A DNA stretch of 64,000 nt from Eledone cirrhosa. Taxonomy: Eukaryota. The notes under the pieces are model-generated. The model saw only the letters and a program-made list of their open reading frames with translations, ran no database searches and had not been told where the DNA came from. Location: NCBI GenBank assembly GCA_964016885.1, contig OZ024741.1, forward strand, positions 407,092,001-407,156,000. Reading direction: 5' to 3'. Each line of letters begins with the position of its first letter. Position 1 is the first letter of the stretch. Below, piece by piece: positions 39,534 to 53,399 of the stretch. Both the position numbers and the translations under genes were made by a program.

Positions 39534-41227
39534 CTACCTTTCCGCTTCCCGGGGTTCGGGTTGCACGACTTCCATGGGGTCGGGGGTGTTGGGTGAAGGG
39601 GTGTCTTGTGGTGGTGTGGGGTCGTCAGTGTGTGGTGGGGTTGGGGTGTTTGGAGTTGTGTTGGGGAGGGGAAGGGGAGGGGGAAAGATTTTTAGTAGGA
39701 CACGGTTTATGGGTTTGACAGAGGGTGGTCCTACGTCCTCCTTAAAATCCTTTTTTAGTTTTTGGTAGAGGTTCATTGGGATCTTTATTAATTTTAAATG
39801 TGGGTAGTTTTCTGAAGAAACAAAGTTTACACCTTCGGTTTGTACCGAAGGATTATTGTTTATGAGTTCATTTAATTTATTATTGTTTCTGTTGATGTAA
39901 TTATAGTGTAATGTCTTTTTTTCGGATGGTGTGAGTGTTTTGAAGAGGGGAGGGGCAGGTTTGGTTTTGTTTGTTGCTGGAGGGGTGTTTTCTGTTTTGT
40001 TGGATTGTGTTGAGATTTGGGTGGGGGTTGTTTGGCCTTGTGTGTTTTGCACATGTTTTCTTTTTTTCCTTTTAATCTGTCTGAAGGACTCCGTTTCTTC
40101 CTCCGAATTCGTTGGGTTATCTTCAGTGTTGGAGGGAAGAGGTATGTTTGCTGGTAATGTTTCCGTGTTGATTTTCTTTGTGGGGGAGATGGATGTCACT
40201 ATGTTAGACTGTGTTGTGTGTTGTGTCTGCGGTGGTTGTGTTGTTTTATTGAGTGAGAGTTTGGGTGGGCCTGTATTTTGTTTTGGGGTAATGTGTTGTG
40301 ACTGTTTGTGTTGTGGTGGTGGTGTGGTTTTACTGAGGGACGGGTTGGGTGGGACTGAGTTTTGTTGTTTGTTTATCTGTTGTGGTGGTGGTAGTGGAGC
40401 TGGTGTTGGTAGCAGGGTTTTCTTTTTGTTGAGTTGGGGACAAGCGGCCTTCAGGTGCCCTCTGCCTGCACAGATATGGCAGGTCGGCCTTCTCCCCTCC
40501 ACGCTAATGTTTATATACCCGTGGCCCTCTAATAGGATTCTGTCGGGTATTTGGGCGATGCGTTCAGGCTTCATTTGCACTACCAGCTCTATACCTGTTC
40601 CACTGAACGCATTGCCTGTGGTTTTCCCAATGGAAATCACGTTGTCATTCACTGGATCGATGAAGCCAGCTATGAGTCAGCAGTAGTCCACATCTGGCAT
40701 CATTGCATCCAGCCATATGCGTTGAGTTCTTTTACCCATATAAGATGGATAAAAGGTAAAAATTTTCGAACGAATCGGTGACAAAGCACATTTTTTGCCG
40801 CCGATTCGTTCTTCATGATAATTGCTAGGCTTCCATACAGTCTGTCTTTTCTTATGAAAGTGGTTTCATTAAGTACTTCTGTGAGTACTGTTTTGATATC
40901 TGCTTGAGAAGGCTGTTCAGGTTTTTTTGAAGTGTTGTTGATGGTGCGGAACACTACCGTTCGACTTTCAATGTCTTTGGTGAGTTCTTGAGGCATTTTA
41001 ACCGATAAAATACCATTCTCTCCTTCACTTATGTATTGTTTGGCGTCTGTGATTCTTCGTGCCACATCTGAAATATTTTCGGGTATATATGTCAAAGATT
41101 TCTTTGTTTTTTGTGCAAATGAAATCTTGTTGACTCTGTCGTCTGCTTTGCTTTCTGTTATTTTGTTTTCAAATGTTATTTTTGTGTTTGTTGTGTCTTT
41201 GTTTGTGGTATTAATATTGTCATGCAA
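39534..41227 (-). pseudogene. ORF1 (gag-like) with CCHC zinc knuckle, frameshifted
   Basis: CHICAGRGHLKAAC (CX2CX4HX4C) and a Pro/Thr/Gln-rich tail. ORFs 40700-41227 and 39534-40652 lie directly upstream of ORF2. Confidence 0.8.
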
Positions 41228-41689
41228 TTTTTCACATTTTTTTTGTTGTTGTTGGAATCCATGTCCAGATTTGTGTTTTCGTCATTTTTTCTCCGCAGAT
41301 TCGTCTGTTTTTATTTTGTTTTTTCCTTCCTTCTCCATGACGTTAGTTGGGAAGGAAGGGGGGACTAAAGCGTGCGAGCTTACAACTCTTACCGCTGTCC
41401 CCCCCCCCACTGTTTTCGTTCGCTTCGTTTAACATTTCTGTCAGACGATTGAAACATTTTTTTTTTTTTGCCACAAAATTAAAAAAACACAGGTTTTTCA
41501 CCTCTAGGAGGGGTAAAAATGAGCTGACCCACCGTCTGACAGTTCAGACGGGGGGGGGGGGGGTCAAGCTACACAATAGTATCAAAATTAAATTTGAACT
41601 CACAAAATTTCCGCAATAAATTTGAACAAAACTTCTGCGCGAAGTGAATTACATCTACACTGTAGAACAGACGACAGCTAGATCTACAT

Positions 41690-41789
<100 letters not shown>

Positions 41790-42039
41790 CAACAGTTGAC
41801 AGATGAAATGAAAAGTCGGTCAATCATATTGGTGACCTCCCCACAGCCCCGGCGGACAGAATGGAGAAGACGTTTCCCCGGAAGACGGCAAGGGAGACGC
41901 GCTGGAAAAGCCATTCCGTGAGAGTATCTTGGCTGACCAAGATACTCTCATGGAATGACTAAAGGAGGTATATTTTTCATCATATTCTCTGGAAAGAAAC
42001 AATGCCTTTATTAATAAGAAGTACCTTATTTTGTGAACC

Positions 42040-42720
42040 CCGTAAGGTGGGATTTGAACTCAGAACGTAAAGGGCCATAAGTCTATACCACAAAGCATGT
42101 TGTCCGAGACTATAACGATACTGCCAATTTACCACTCTTGTTTAACCCATAATGATAATAATTGTTTCTACTATTGGCACAAGACCAGCAATTATCCCGG
42201 TGCATTACTGAAAAAATGTATTTTATCGACACCCTAAGGATGAAAGGCAAAGTTAACCTCGGCGGGATTTGAACTCAGACCACAAAGGGGCGTAACTCGT
42301 TGCTGCAAAGCATGGCGTCCGACCCTCTACCGCTACTGCCAATCCACCAACCATAATGATAATAATTGTTTCTACATTTGGCACAAGGCCAGCAATTATC
42401 CAGTGCATTACTGGTACTTTATTTTATCGACCCCGTAAGGATGAAAGGCAAAGTTAACCTCGACAGGATTTGAACTCAGAATGGCAAGGGCCGTAACTCT
42501 ATGCGTCAAAGCATGGTGTCCGACCCTCTACCGATACTGCCGATCCACATTTAGGCACAAGCCCAGCAATTTGGGGGAAGGGGAAATTCGATTAAATCGA
42601 CCCCAGTTCGTTACTGGTACTTTATTTCATTGACTCCGTAAGGATGAAAGGCAAAGCTAACCTCGGCTGGATTTGAACTTAGAACGCAAAGGACCATAAG
42701 TCTGTGCCACAAATCATATT
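42040..42720 (-). mobile_element. Head-to-tail cluster of four SINE family A copies
   Basis: Consensus match. Confidence 0.85.
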
Positions 42721-43825
42721 GTCAATAATAAAAACAATTTCATTGAATTATATTACGTAATTCAGTGATGTGAAACGAGGCAATTACATAAGGTACTACC
42801 ATATTGTATATTTGATATAAGATGCATTGGATGGGACAATAAAATGATATACCAAAACCCCTCACAGATGTTTTTTTTATATTTGTATGGAAATGTTTCT
42901 ACAACTCTACTCTGACTTAAATGTAGAGTCTGTCACTTTCATATCTCTCCCCTGTCTTTCCTTCTTTAATAACCCTTTCCCTCATTTTCCTCTCGTTTAT
43001 AGTCCTTTCCATTACTACTTTCTCTTTCTTTATATTTGACTAAATATTAAATACTTTATTTGTTTTATTTCAAAAAAATATGCACCAGTCTAGTTTTTCT
43101 ATTTCAGATTCTCAATGAGGACAGGGTAGAAAAGCTATCAATTCCTAAAACGGCAGATAAACTTATAATTATTGGATATATTTATATAACATCAATAAAA
43201 TTATTAGCAATAGTGAACATCAATAAAGGCAGTTACTCCTAGGCCAAGTTTCGTCGAATAATTGATCATAACAGTGTGTATAGTAATCAGAAAAATGCGA
43301 CACACACATTCAGAGATACACATACTATCATTAGAACATATGATAATATGTTAGTCAATCATATTGGTGGCCTCCCCACAGCCCCGGCGGACAGAATGGA
43401 GAAGGCATTTCCTCCGAGGAAGACAAGGGAGACGCGCTAGAAAAGTCATTCCAGCTCGTGAGGCTCACACCTGCGGCTGGCCAGCTCAGCGCCTATGGGG
43501 GTGAGTAGGGAGGTAGCCCTAGGACCGAGGACACCAGAAATCTCCAGTTGAGCCCAGATTACTACACATAGTAAACACGTCAATTTAAACATTTTTTTAA
43601 TTCTTTTCTATCCTATAACTCCTGGTGGAGAGGTAGGGGCGGCGTATTGACAGACGACATCTCTTGGGCATTTTGTTTATGTCTGGCCCAGCCCAGCCCG
43701 CTCCAAGCCTAGGGTTCTGCCAGATAGGGTTAGATAGAGGGAGAAAGGAAATAAGAAGTGGATATAGAGGAAGAATCGACCCCAGTACTAGATTACTACT
43801 ACTACTATTACTACTACTACTACTT

Positions 43826-43871
<46 letters not shown>

Positions 43872-43885
43872 AATCATTGCAGCTT

Positions 43886-43930
<45 letters not shown>

Positions 43931-44129
43931 AAGGAGGTATAATAGTTGTGGCAATACCAGTAATTATCAGCAGAGTATTTATGGGTGTAGTAGTAGTATA
44001 TAGTATATATATGTTAGAAAGTCGGGATCCGACGGTTGAGCTCTTGCCGTTTCGACATAAAATTCCAGACTATGGTCTTACTAGTATAAAACTGGTATAA
44101 TCCTGACACACACGCACACACACACACAC

Positions 44130-44162
<33 letters not shown>

Positions 44163-44283
44163 AATATATGCTTATATACATATATATTCATATATTTACA
44201 TATATTCATATATACATACATATTCATATATATATATATGTTCATGTGTATATATGTATATATATATATACGTATATATATAC

Positions 44284-44391
<108 letters not shown>

Positions 44392-46570
44392 TTCAATCAT
44401 TATGTGTGTGTAGGCGTGTATATTTTATCTCTTTTACGAACGAGAGTTAAACGGAAGATGCAGGTCAGGTTAAGTTTGAATAAGGTTTCCAAATCAAGTT
44501 GCCGAAATGAGAGGTGACGCATTTTTACAACGCTTTTTGGTGCAATGGCTGGCCAGATTATTTATTTTCTGGCAAATCATGTTTGGTGCTGGCGTGTTGC
44601 CGTCTTTAAACTATTTTAGTGGAAACGTTCGATATAGTAACCGGTCAGAAAAGAATAGGAAAAGAAAGAAGTAAAATGAGAAAAAAAAATCATTAGAAAA
44701 ATATTAGAAATATTAGCTTTGCAGCCCTTTTGCTAAGCGATGGTTATGATTTTCAGAAGTATGTAGTTATAGACAAGTTACTACTCTGTGAGAACCAACT
44801 CACGGGAGTCGCAGTAGAGAAAGACCTACTCAAACCTTCCTCGACCAACTCCCAGACGATACAAACCTCAGTTGGGAGCAGTTAACAGAATCAATGGAAA
44901 ATTGTAAATTGTGGAGAGACTTTGTGAGGAATGTTCGATTGTATTCACATGATAATGATGATGATGTTCAAACCTGACCAACTCTAACATCTTTCTGAAA
45001 ATCTGTTTCTATTTGTATCAATAGAATATCTTTCAGACTTCGAAAGATAAATGTTGTGGAGTCCAAGTCTTTATCAACGACATCCCTAATATAGGAAAAG
45101 CAAACTAAGTGCAATATTTGGCTTTATATTATACAATGATTTGAACAAAATAGAGAATTTCTACTTTGACATTTAACCTGCTAGAAAAAGCAGGCTCATC
45201 CTCAAATACCACAAATTTCCTCTTAAAAATGGCGCATTGGGAAATTGAGAATAAGCAGTATGGTCACAGTCACAGCTATATCACCTTCGATTTGAACAAG
45301 TCAACGAGAAAGCATTTACATGACCATTCTATCAGCTAAAGGTAACAGCCAAATACTATCAAAATCACATTATGTCATCATAAATATATCAAGTACACAT
45401 AATATAATTTAGACATCGAGAGACAAACTCAAAGAAATTCTATTGATACAAATAGAAAAGACGGGATGATCATATCTGGAAGTATATTCTTCATAGTAAT
45501 AATAACAGATCAGAGCTGACCTGCAACTCAACACAAGCGCCATTAATATGCCAGCGCTCCTTATCTTCGTTCTCTAATCACCAATATAATAAGCTTTTAT
45601 AATTGAGTGCAATTGTCTTTCTATTTCAAAACATATTGTATTTCAAAATACTTAAATATATTTCTAGGAATCAATTACATAGAGATAATAAAGAATTCAA
45701 TATTCAGTCAAACTTATAGAAAAAGAAAGCAGCATTAAAAAGGAGTATAAATGCTATAAATAAGAGGAAAGGGGGGGGGGGGAGAGCAAGGACTATTAGG
45801 TAACGAAAGAAAGAAAGGAGGGAGATGAGATGGTGATAGACTCTACACGTAATTCAGGGAGGTGTTTCGAAATTTCTTTAACGGAATAGTGTTAAAGTGG
45901 TGAGTATAGATCCGTCAAATATAATACATTAACCTCTCTAAAGATTAAGGTTATTGGTTGTTTTCTTTTCATTTATTCAATTTTTTCTTTTATTATTTCA
46001 CAGCACTGAAATCATATCTTCGTACATTTACGACTTCAAGAAAGAAGAGCTCCACTAAGCCGATGAGATGATGTAGAAAATGTAACGGCCATATTGTTGA
46101 AATCCTATCGGGACGCATAATTTTATTCTCATTCTTTTATATATTTTGTATATGCATATAAGACTTTATTCAAATCGTTAACATGTGTTCACCCTTTAAT
46201 CCTTGGTTGAATCGTAGGTTAAAGAGCGTTAAATGTAATTTTATCGTTGAAATTATAAATCGTTCTCTAAGCTGCCAGCAGATTTCTGTAAAACATATCG
46301 GAACGAATTAGCAGAAGTATCTCCAATGTTAACATAATGTAATATGGAATATAACTACTGGAATTGATTCTGCAAAACTTTATAGAAATCTCAAAATACA
46401 AAACAATTTGTATAGATATGGTGAAGTTGGAAGAGGGTACCGTTGAAGAATTATGGTATAGCTTCATTATACCGAATTATATTTTCATAAAGCCCGGATC
46501 ACATATTATTAAAAGTCTATCAGATTCGTGCTATTTGTATTCACAACTTTGCTTTAGCGCCACACACATA

Positions 46571-46631
<61 letters not shown>

Positions 46632-46701
46632 GAAAGGTATAGAAAGTATTGTAGCAAGAAACCAACAGTATTCCAAATTATATATAAATATATATATATA
46701 A

Positions 46702-46734
<33 letters not shown>

Positions 46735-46763
46735 AATATATATATATAAATATATATATATAA

Positions 46764-46795
<32 letters not shown>

Positions 46796-47290
46796 GCAAA
46801 GTTTTATTTAAATTGTTGGGTTACAACGAGTAAATATTTATAACTGATATAAAAGCACTCAACAAGTATTTGGAGTATATTTACGATATTAAATAAATGG
46901 AAACTATATTTATAAAACCATATTTATTTCATTATATATATTTCAGGGATATCATATTAAAAATATGGTATGCCTTCATCAGACAAAATACAATATAAAC
47001 AGTCTTATAAATAGATAGATTTGACATACCTTACACTTCAACTTCCATTTAAAAAGTTAATTTGGTAGTGAAAAATGTTAGGGACAGTTATAGGGACATT
47101 TTTCACTACCAAATCAACTTTTTAAATGGAAGTTGAAGTGTAAGGTATGTCAAATCTATCTATTTATAAGACTGTTTATATTGTATTTTGTCTGATGAAG
47201 GCATACCATATTTTTAATATGATATCCCTGAAATATATATAATGAAATAAATATGGTTTTATAAATATAGTTTCCATTTATTTAATATCG

Positions 47291-47292
<2 letters not shown>
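46796..47292 (-). mobile_element. Fold-back PLE pLTR remnant with HHR on both arms (46925-46990 on -, 47184-47249 on +)
   Basis: ~195-bp near-perfect arms 46882-47078 / 47096-47292. Core TATTTTGT-CTGATGA-AGG..CCT-GAAA-TATATA-TA-ATGAAATA. ~85-bp extension on the left. Confidence 0.85.
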
Positions 47293-47321
<29 letters not shown>

Positions 47322-47413
47322 ATAGTTTCCATTTATTAATATTATTGATATATATATATAGTTAATGAAAGAAGAGTAACATGGTTGGCTGTACAGTAAG
47401 GGCTTTATTCAAA

Positions 47414-47524
47414 TTGCTGACAATTGTTTCGTTGATCTGTTGCGTCTAGAGTTCGCTAATCGCTTGATGCTGCGTCAATCGAACTCCAATACGTTGTTTA
47501 CAACCAGTCAACACATCAGAGCAA
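47414..47524 (-). ncRNA. Hammerhead ribozyme, A9 mutated
   Basis: TTGCT-CTGATGT-GTTGA...TCAAC-GAAA-CAATTG-TC-AGCAA. Confidence 0.65.
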
Positions 47525-47678
47525 GTGGATCCACTTGCTCAGACAGCAGAGCTCAAGCCGTTTCGACGGCTATTTCTTCCGTCGGGGGTCCTGACAATTG
47601 TCCTATTACCCACTCTACTACCCAAAGTATCGAGTACTGGGTTATGGGCCATCTGATTCCTTACCACATTTCCTTCGT

Positions 47679-47717
<39 letters not shown>

Positions 47718-47719
<2 letters not shown>

Positions 47720-49170
47720 CGAATAAGTAAAAGCGAAGTAGTTTCAGATGTTCAAGTCCTTTAATAATAATTGTTTCTACTTTAGGGACAAGGCCAGCAA
47801 TTACCCAGTGCATTACTGGTACTTTATTTTATCGACCCCGTAAGGATGAAAGGCAAAGTCAACCTCGGCGGGATTTGAACTCAGATCGTAAAGGGACGTA
47901 ACTATGCTGGAAAGCATGGCGTCCGACCCTCTACCGATACTGCCAATCCACTAATAATAATGCTGTGATATATATTTCAATGACGACACTGGCCACACTG
48001 TTCTGTGTGCGAGTGTCGTGACATCATCAGACAGCTTGTTACATAATAAGGTTGTTTCCGAGGCAATCCAAATTGAATCGACATTTTTCTACACCAAATC
48101 GCTTTTGAACAGAGGCCCCCCTCAATTCAATCTATACACGGACAGATGGACAATCATATGGATCATTTTACACATATGTACTCTGTGTTTTTGCATTTAT
48201 TCACTATTGTCTCTGTTCTTTTCTTTTCTTTTGTGTACCTTATGTCTGTTTTTCTTTGACTCTGTTCCATGTGATGGAACGTATGACCGTGTAGCGGATT
48301 GACTAATGCCTTGAACATGTGGTTTGCCCTCCGTTATAATGTACGGCACTGCCGTTCAATATCTGTAACACTAGAATCCCTCCCAGAACATATTACTTAA
48401 ACATCTCTCTCCATATTATTTACTCACTTCAATCTATATCTTTACTTAATCCGAATTATCACTTGAAAAAAATTTTTGAATTCAGAATTTTTGAATTCTT
48501 TATTGTTTAATTTATAATCTCTGATATTTGATTTAGGATTTTAACTTTTAATTTTAATTTTTATTCCCAACTCTCACTCTTAATTTACTATGTAAAACCA
48601 TAGTACCTAGAATTAAGTTTATTTTCCCTTATGAGTTGATGGTCAGTCTTACTGTCAACGCTTAGTGAAAGGTAGTATTATGACCTATAAAAACTAACAC
48701 CCTCCCATCCCCTCTGGTTTTCGGCTGACTGCCACAGTAGCGATGGGTAGCAGTAAACTTTGGCAAGGCATAGGTGGGCCACTGATAGCGAATTTCGTTG
48801 AAATCTGCGGTGCTAATGGTCAACTTCCTTCGGACATGCGCTTGCGCAGACCGGTGGGGGTGAATTGGTACTCACAAGGGAACGGATGAAAAACCCAAAA
48901 GCACGAACTTCATCCGTTCCCATGTCGATTCAATTTGGATTGCCTCGGAAACAACCTTATTATATAACAAGCTGTCTGATGATGTCACGACACTCGCACA
49001 CAGAACAGTGTGGCCAGTGTCTTCATTGAAATATATATCACAGCATTATTATTAAAGGACTTGAACATCTGAAACTACTTCGCTTTTACTTATTCGATAT
49101 TTACTCCGTCACTCCTATGTGGAAAAAGTACGTTGAGTGCTTGAATTGAATTGCATCAATATTTACCCTA
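47718..49170 (+). mobile_element. Non-coding PLE-type element with inverted pLTRs; SINE A (47768-47952) inserted in the left arm
   Basis: Arms 47718-48084 (minus the SINE) / 48922-49097, extension 49098-49170, (TA)n flanks. Confidence 0.82.
48971..49044 (+). ncRNA. Type I hammerhead ribozyme (mirror copy at 47962-48035 on -)
   Basis: GCTGT-CTGATGA-TGTCACGACACT...AGTGTC.TCATT-GAAA-TATATA-TC-ACAGC. Confidence 0.78.
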
Positions 49171-49186
49171 ATATATATATATATAT

Positions 49187-50137
49187 ATTAGAATTCGAGC
49201 TCTGAAATAGCAATATATATATGGATGTATATATAGTGTATTTTGCAATACACTTTATGCTTAATTAAAAGCATTTTGAAGACCGTAAGCTATTGTTTTT
49301 TTGAGTAGTGACAAATTCACTTACTTTGATCTCAGCAAACAGGGGAGATAAGCCGACAAGGCCTGGTTTCATTTTTGTTGAAGCTTATCAAGGCTAACTA
49401 CTCCCACCTGTCTACCGAGATCACTGATGTTATATTCTTATAGAATTCTAGTAAATAATCAGGAGCTGATTATGCAGAGCGGTTGTTGGTCAGGCAGAAA
49501 TTAAAAATTAGAATTGGAGCTCTGAAATAGCAATATCTATATGGATGTATATATAATGTATTTTGCAATACACTTTATGCTTAATTAAAAGCATTTTGAA
49601 GACCATATGCTATTGTTTTTTAGAGTAGTGACAAATTCACTTACTTTGATCTCAGCTTCAACAAAAGCGAAACCAGGCCTTGTCGGCTTATCTCCCCTGT
49701 TTGCTGAGATCAAAGTAAGTGAATTTGTCACTACTCTAAAAAACAATAGCTTACGGTCTTCAAAATGCTTTTAATTAAGCATAAAGTGTATTGCAAAATA
49801 CACTATATATACATCGATATATATATTGCTATTTCAGAGCTCCAATTCTAATTTTTAATTTCTGCCTGACCAACAACCGCTCTGCATGATCAGCTCCTGA
49901 TTATTTACTAGAATTCTATAAGAATATAACATCAGTGATCTCGGTAGACAGGTGGGAGTAGTTAGCCTTAATAAGCTTCAACAAAAGCGAAACCAGGCCT
50001 TGTCGGCTTATCTCCCCTGTTTGCTGAGATCAAAGTAAGTGAATTTGTCACTACTCTAAAATACAATAGCTTACGGTCTTCAAAATGCTTTTAATTAAGC
50101 ATAAAGTGTATTGCAAAATACACTATATATACATCCA
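49187..50137 (-). mobile_element. Retrozyme-like element: 320-bp HHR-containing unit, ~1.5 tandem copies in each orientation
   Basis: Period 320 (49187/49507 and 49654/49974), inversion junction at ~49655, HHR at 49351-49395(-) and 49964-50008(+). Confidence 0.8.
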
Positions 50138-50173
<36 letters not shown>

Positions 50174-50174
50174 C

Positions 50175-50264
<90 letters not shown>

Positions 50265-50345
50265 CTCCTCTCTCAGACACACACATATATATATATATTG
50301 TAGTGTAAACGGAAGGTTGTATTCCTTTAAATTGTATTACAGCAA

Positions 50346-50399
50346 ACACTATGCACATTTCAGTAGGTTACATATAAACTCGGTGACATCAGGAGGTGT
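50346..50399 (-). ncRNA. Degenerate hammerhead-like motif
   Basis: ACAC..-CTGATGT-...-GAAA-TGTGCA-TA-GTGT next to (TA)n. Confidence 0.45.
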
Positions 50400-50529
50400 A
50401 TAATTACATAATAGTTAGGAAGAAACAGATAATGAAAAAAATGTTTTTGTTTTGTTTGTTTTTGACTCAGCGTTAATTGACTGGCTTGCTCTCATACGGG
50501 CGAATTCCCTCTGAAATTGATAGATACAC

Positions 50530-50573
<44 letters not shown>

Positions 50574-50749
50574 ACACACTCATATATATATATATACGTA
50601 TATGTAGTAACACATTTCACAGATGAATCAACATAACACTGTAACCAGCTGAAATATCCCTCTCGCACTATAATTCTCTGTCTCTAGATATCCAATATAT
50701 ATATTTAAGTACAAGAGCTGCTTATTATCAAAGTGGTGTTTATATTTCA

Positions 50750-51380
50750 GTATTATCTAAAACAAAACTTCTAAAGCCTTTCAATGAATTGTTTTCATTC
50801 TAACAATTGTTTAAACGCAAACATTTCCATGCCATCGTACTTAATACCCGTTTCACAAACCTTTGAACTTCACTAGAGATATGTATATACTTGCAAGATG
50901 ACGAATAGAACAGCTATGTACAACTTTATTAATAATTATCCAAGTACCCTGGGCAATATAGTTTCTGAATATATGTGGTTATGGGGGTCTATCTCCAAAA
51001 CCATAGGAGGAGTTCGTGAAATCCTGTTCCATTTATTAGCCAAAAATTTCACTATAGGGGGTTTAACCCCCATTAGGGTGTCTTAATATTATTGAAATTT
51101 GATGAATAGACATCATATGTTGTCATTTACCTATGGTCTAAATTTCATATAAATCGAAGGGAAAAGATTTTCAGCGGGTGTTTTCAGCGGGGGTTTGTGC
51201 CCTCGGGTAACCCTTTGATTAAAATGAAATATACTCTATCCAAGTGCCCTGGACAATGTAGTTTCAGAATATATATATAATTATGGGGGGGTCTCTCTCC
51301 AAAACTATAGGAGGAGTTCGTGAACAAACACACAAACAAACAAACAGACAGACAGGAATACAACTTTATATATATAGATA
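50750..51380 (+). mobile_element. Probable non-autonomous Helentron/HINE-like element
   Basis: Internal ~90-bp duplication (50938-51020 / 51238-51324) and an (ACAA/ACAG)n tract ending in CTTTATATATATAGAT. Confidence 0.4.
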
Positions 51381-51679
51381 TAAGGATATAAATTGGTGAA
51401 GGCGAGTGGCTTAGCGGTTCGAGAGTTGGGTTAAACTTGTGAGGTTGTGAGTTCAATTCTCGGACCTGGTCATGTGTTGTGTCTTTGAGCAAGACACTTT
51501 ATTTCACGTTCCTCCTGTAAGGAGTTGCGACTGGTAGCTAGTATCAGCAATGGAAATATCAATTTGGTGTGGTTCACCATATTCGGCAAGGGAGTGAACT
51601 CTGGGATCTTGTCGATCGATAAGAGCGAGAGAATTTGGTGTAGATTTGTTATTTAATTGTTATTATGGGTTAAATCAGG

Positions 51680-52860
51680 GTGGTGGAACATCGGTAGAGT
51701 GTGGGATACCTGGTGGTATATAGTTACGGCACTTGACACACTGATTTCAAATTCCCTCATGTTAGTTTTGCCATCTTTACGTGGTCCATACAATGTAGTA
51801 CCAATATCGCACTGGGGCCAATTCCATTGATTTTCCCCTTCTTTTAAAATTGCTGGCTTTGTGCTAAAAGTATAAACAATTATTTATAGCAATATACAAG
51901 AGGATGGTGGATTGTAAGTATCGGGAGAGCGTCGGATACCATATTTCACAGCATAGAGTAACGGCGCTTCACGTACTGATTTCAAATCCCATCGATGTTA
52001 CATTTGTCTTTCATTCTTACGGGGCCGATTAAATAAAGTACCAGTAATGCACTGGGGTCGATTTAATCAAATTGTTGACCTTGTACCTAAATCAGAAACG
52101 ATAAGTTAGTACAGCGGATGAGTTATTTCTACCTTACCACTTTCTGCCACCTTGTTTTAAATTCCGCTGAGATCAACTTTGCCGTTCATTCTTCCGATGT
52201 CTATAAAATATAGTACCAGGTATGTAATGAGGTCGAAATAATCGGCTTTCTATTTCCCTAACATTGTTAGCTGTATGCCAATGCTAGTTAGTTCTTTTCA
52301 AAGTCAGATAAAACGCATTGCAGTATTGCGTTAGGTTCTCTACGTTATGGTTTCAAAGCCCATTGACGTCAGCTTTGTCTTTCATCCTTCCCAGGTCGAT
52401 AAAATAAAATACAACTCAATATAATCGACTTTCCCTCCCGGGTAAATTGCTGACCTTGTGCCAAAATTTGAATGCATTATTTAGGAGCAAGGGAGGTAGA
52501 TTGGCAGTATTGGTAGAGGGTCTGACGCCATGCTTTGCAGCAAAGAGTTACGACCCTTTATGGGCTGAGTTCAAATCCTGCCGAGGTTAACTTTGTCTTT
52601 CATCCTTATGGGATCGATAAAATAAAGTACCAGTAATACACTGGGATAATTGCTGGCCTTGTGCCAAATGTAGCAACAATTATTTAAGAGCAAGGAATTA
52701 ACAGAGTCGTTAGAGTGTCGGAGTTCAAATCCCACCGCAGTCAACCTTGTCTTTCATTTTTCCTGGGCCAGTAAGATAAAGTACCAATCAACTGGGGGGT
52801 TGATTTAACCAAATTTACCCACCCACCCCAAATTTGCTGGTCTTGGGTCTAAATTAGAAA
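51680..52860 (+). mobile_element. Cluster of about six SINE family A copies of different ages
   Basis: Repeated consensus matches. The best copy is 52495-52682. Confidence 0.75.
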
Positions 52861-53399
52861 GCAACCTATAGCTACTTCCCTCGTGTCTATCGTCATATCA
52901 GACAGCAGTATAAATAAATATATTATTCTTTAATTATATTTTTGGCAAAGAAGGTTTCAGTTAGTAAATGTATCTTACAGTTAACGTCTACATGTATTCT
53001 ACACACCACGTATATAAAGCTGTTATTGTGGTGTAGGTTTGGTAGTTATAATTTATTCTAAACTTTCTGTAGTATTATTGCAGAGGTGGTGTAGGTGTGT
53101 TGATGGTGGTTGTGATATTGGTGTTATGGCTGGTGATGGTTGTGATAGTGTTGGTGGTGGTGGTAGTGGTGATGGTTGTGGTGTTGGTGTTGTAGTGTAC
53201 GTGATGGTCATATTAATATTGATGTATGTGGTGCTGGTGCTGGTGAGGCTGTGCTAGAGGTACTAATGTTGTAGCTGGTGCTGGTGGTGCCGCTAGTGTA
53301 GGGGTGTTGATGGTGTGGTGTAGGTGGTGTTGGTGGTGTGGCTGGTGATGGTTGTAAGTTCGTGGGTCCAAGCAACAGAATATGTAACACTAGTACTAC

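Larger units (their letters stand above)
35848..41688 (-). mobile_element. Near full-length Tx1/L1-clade LINE
   Basis: 5' UTR, ORF1 with a zinc knuckle, ORF2 (APE-RT-zf), and a 3' UTR with AATAAA. The 5' end lies somewhere between 41545 and 41688. Confidence 0.92.

Noticed and set aside
39931-40686. 251-aa plus-strand ORF and other ORFs antisense to LINEs
   Set aside because: They are shadow ORFs of Tx1 ORF1/ORF2.
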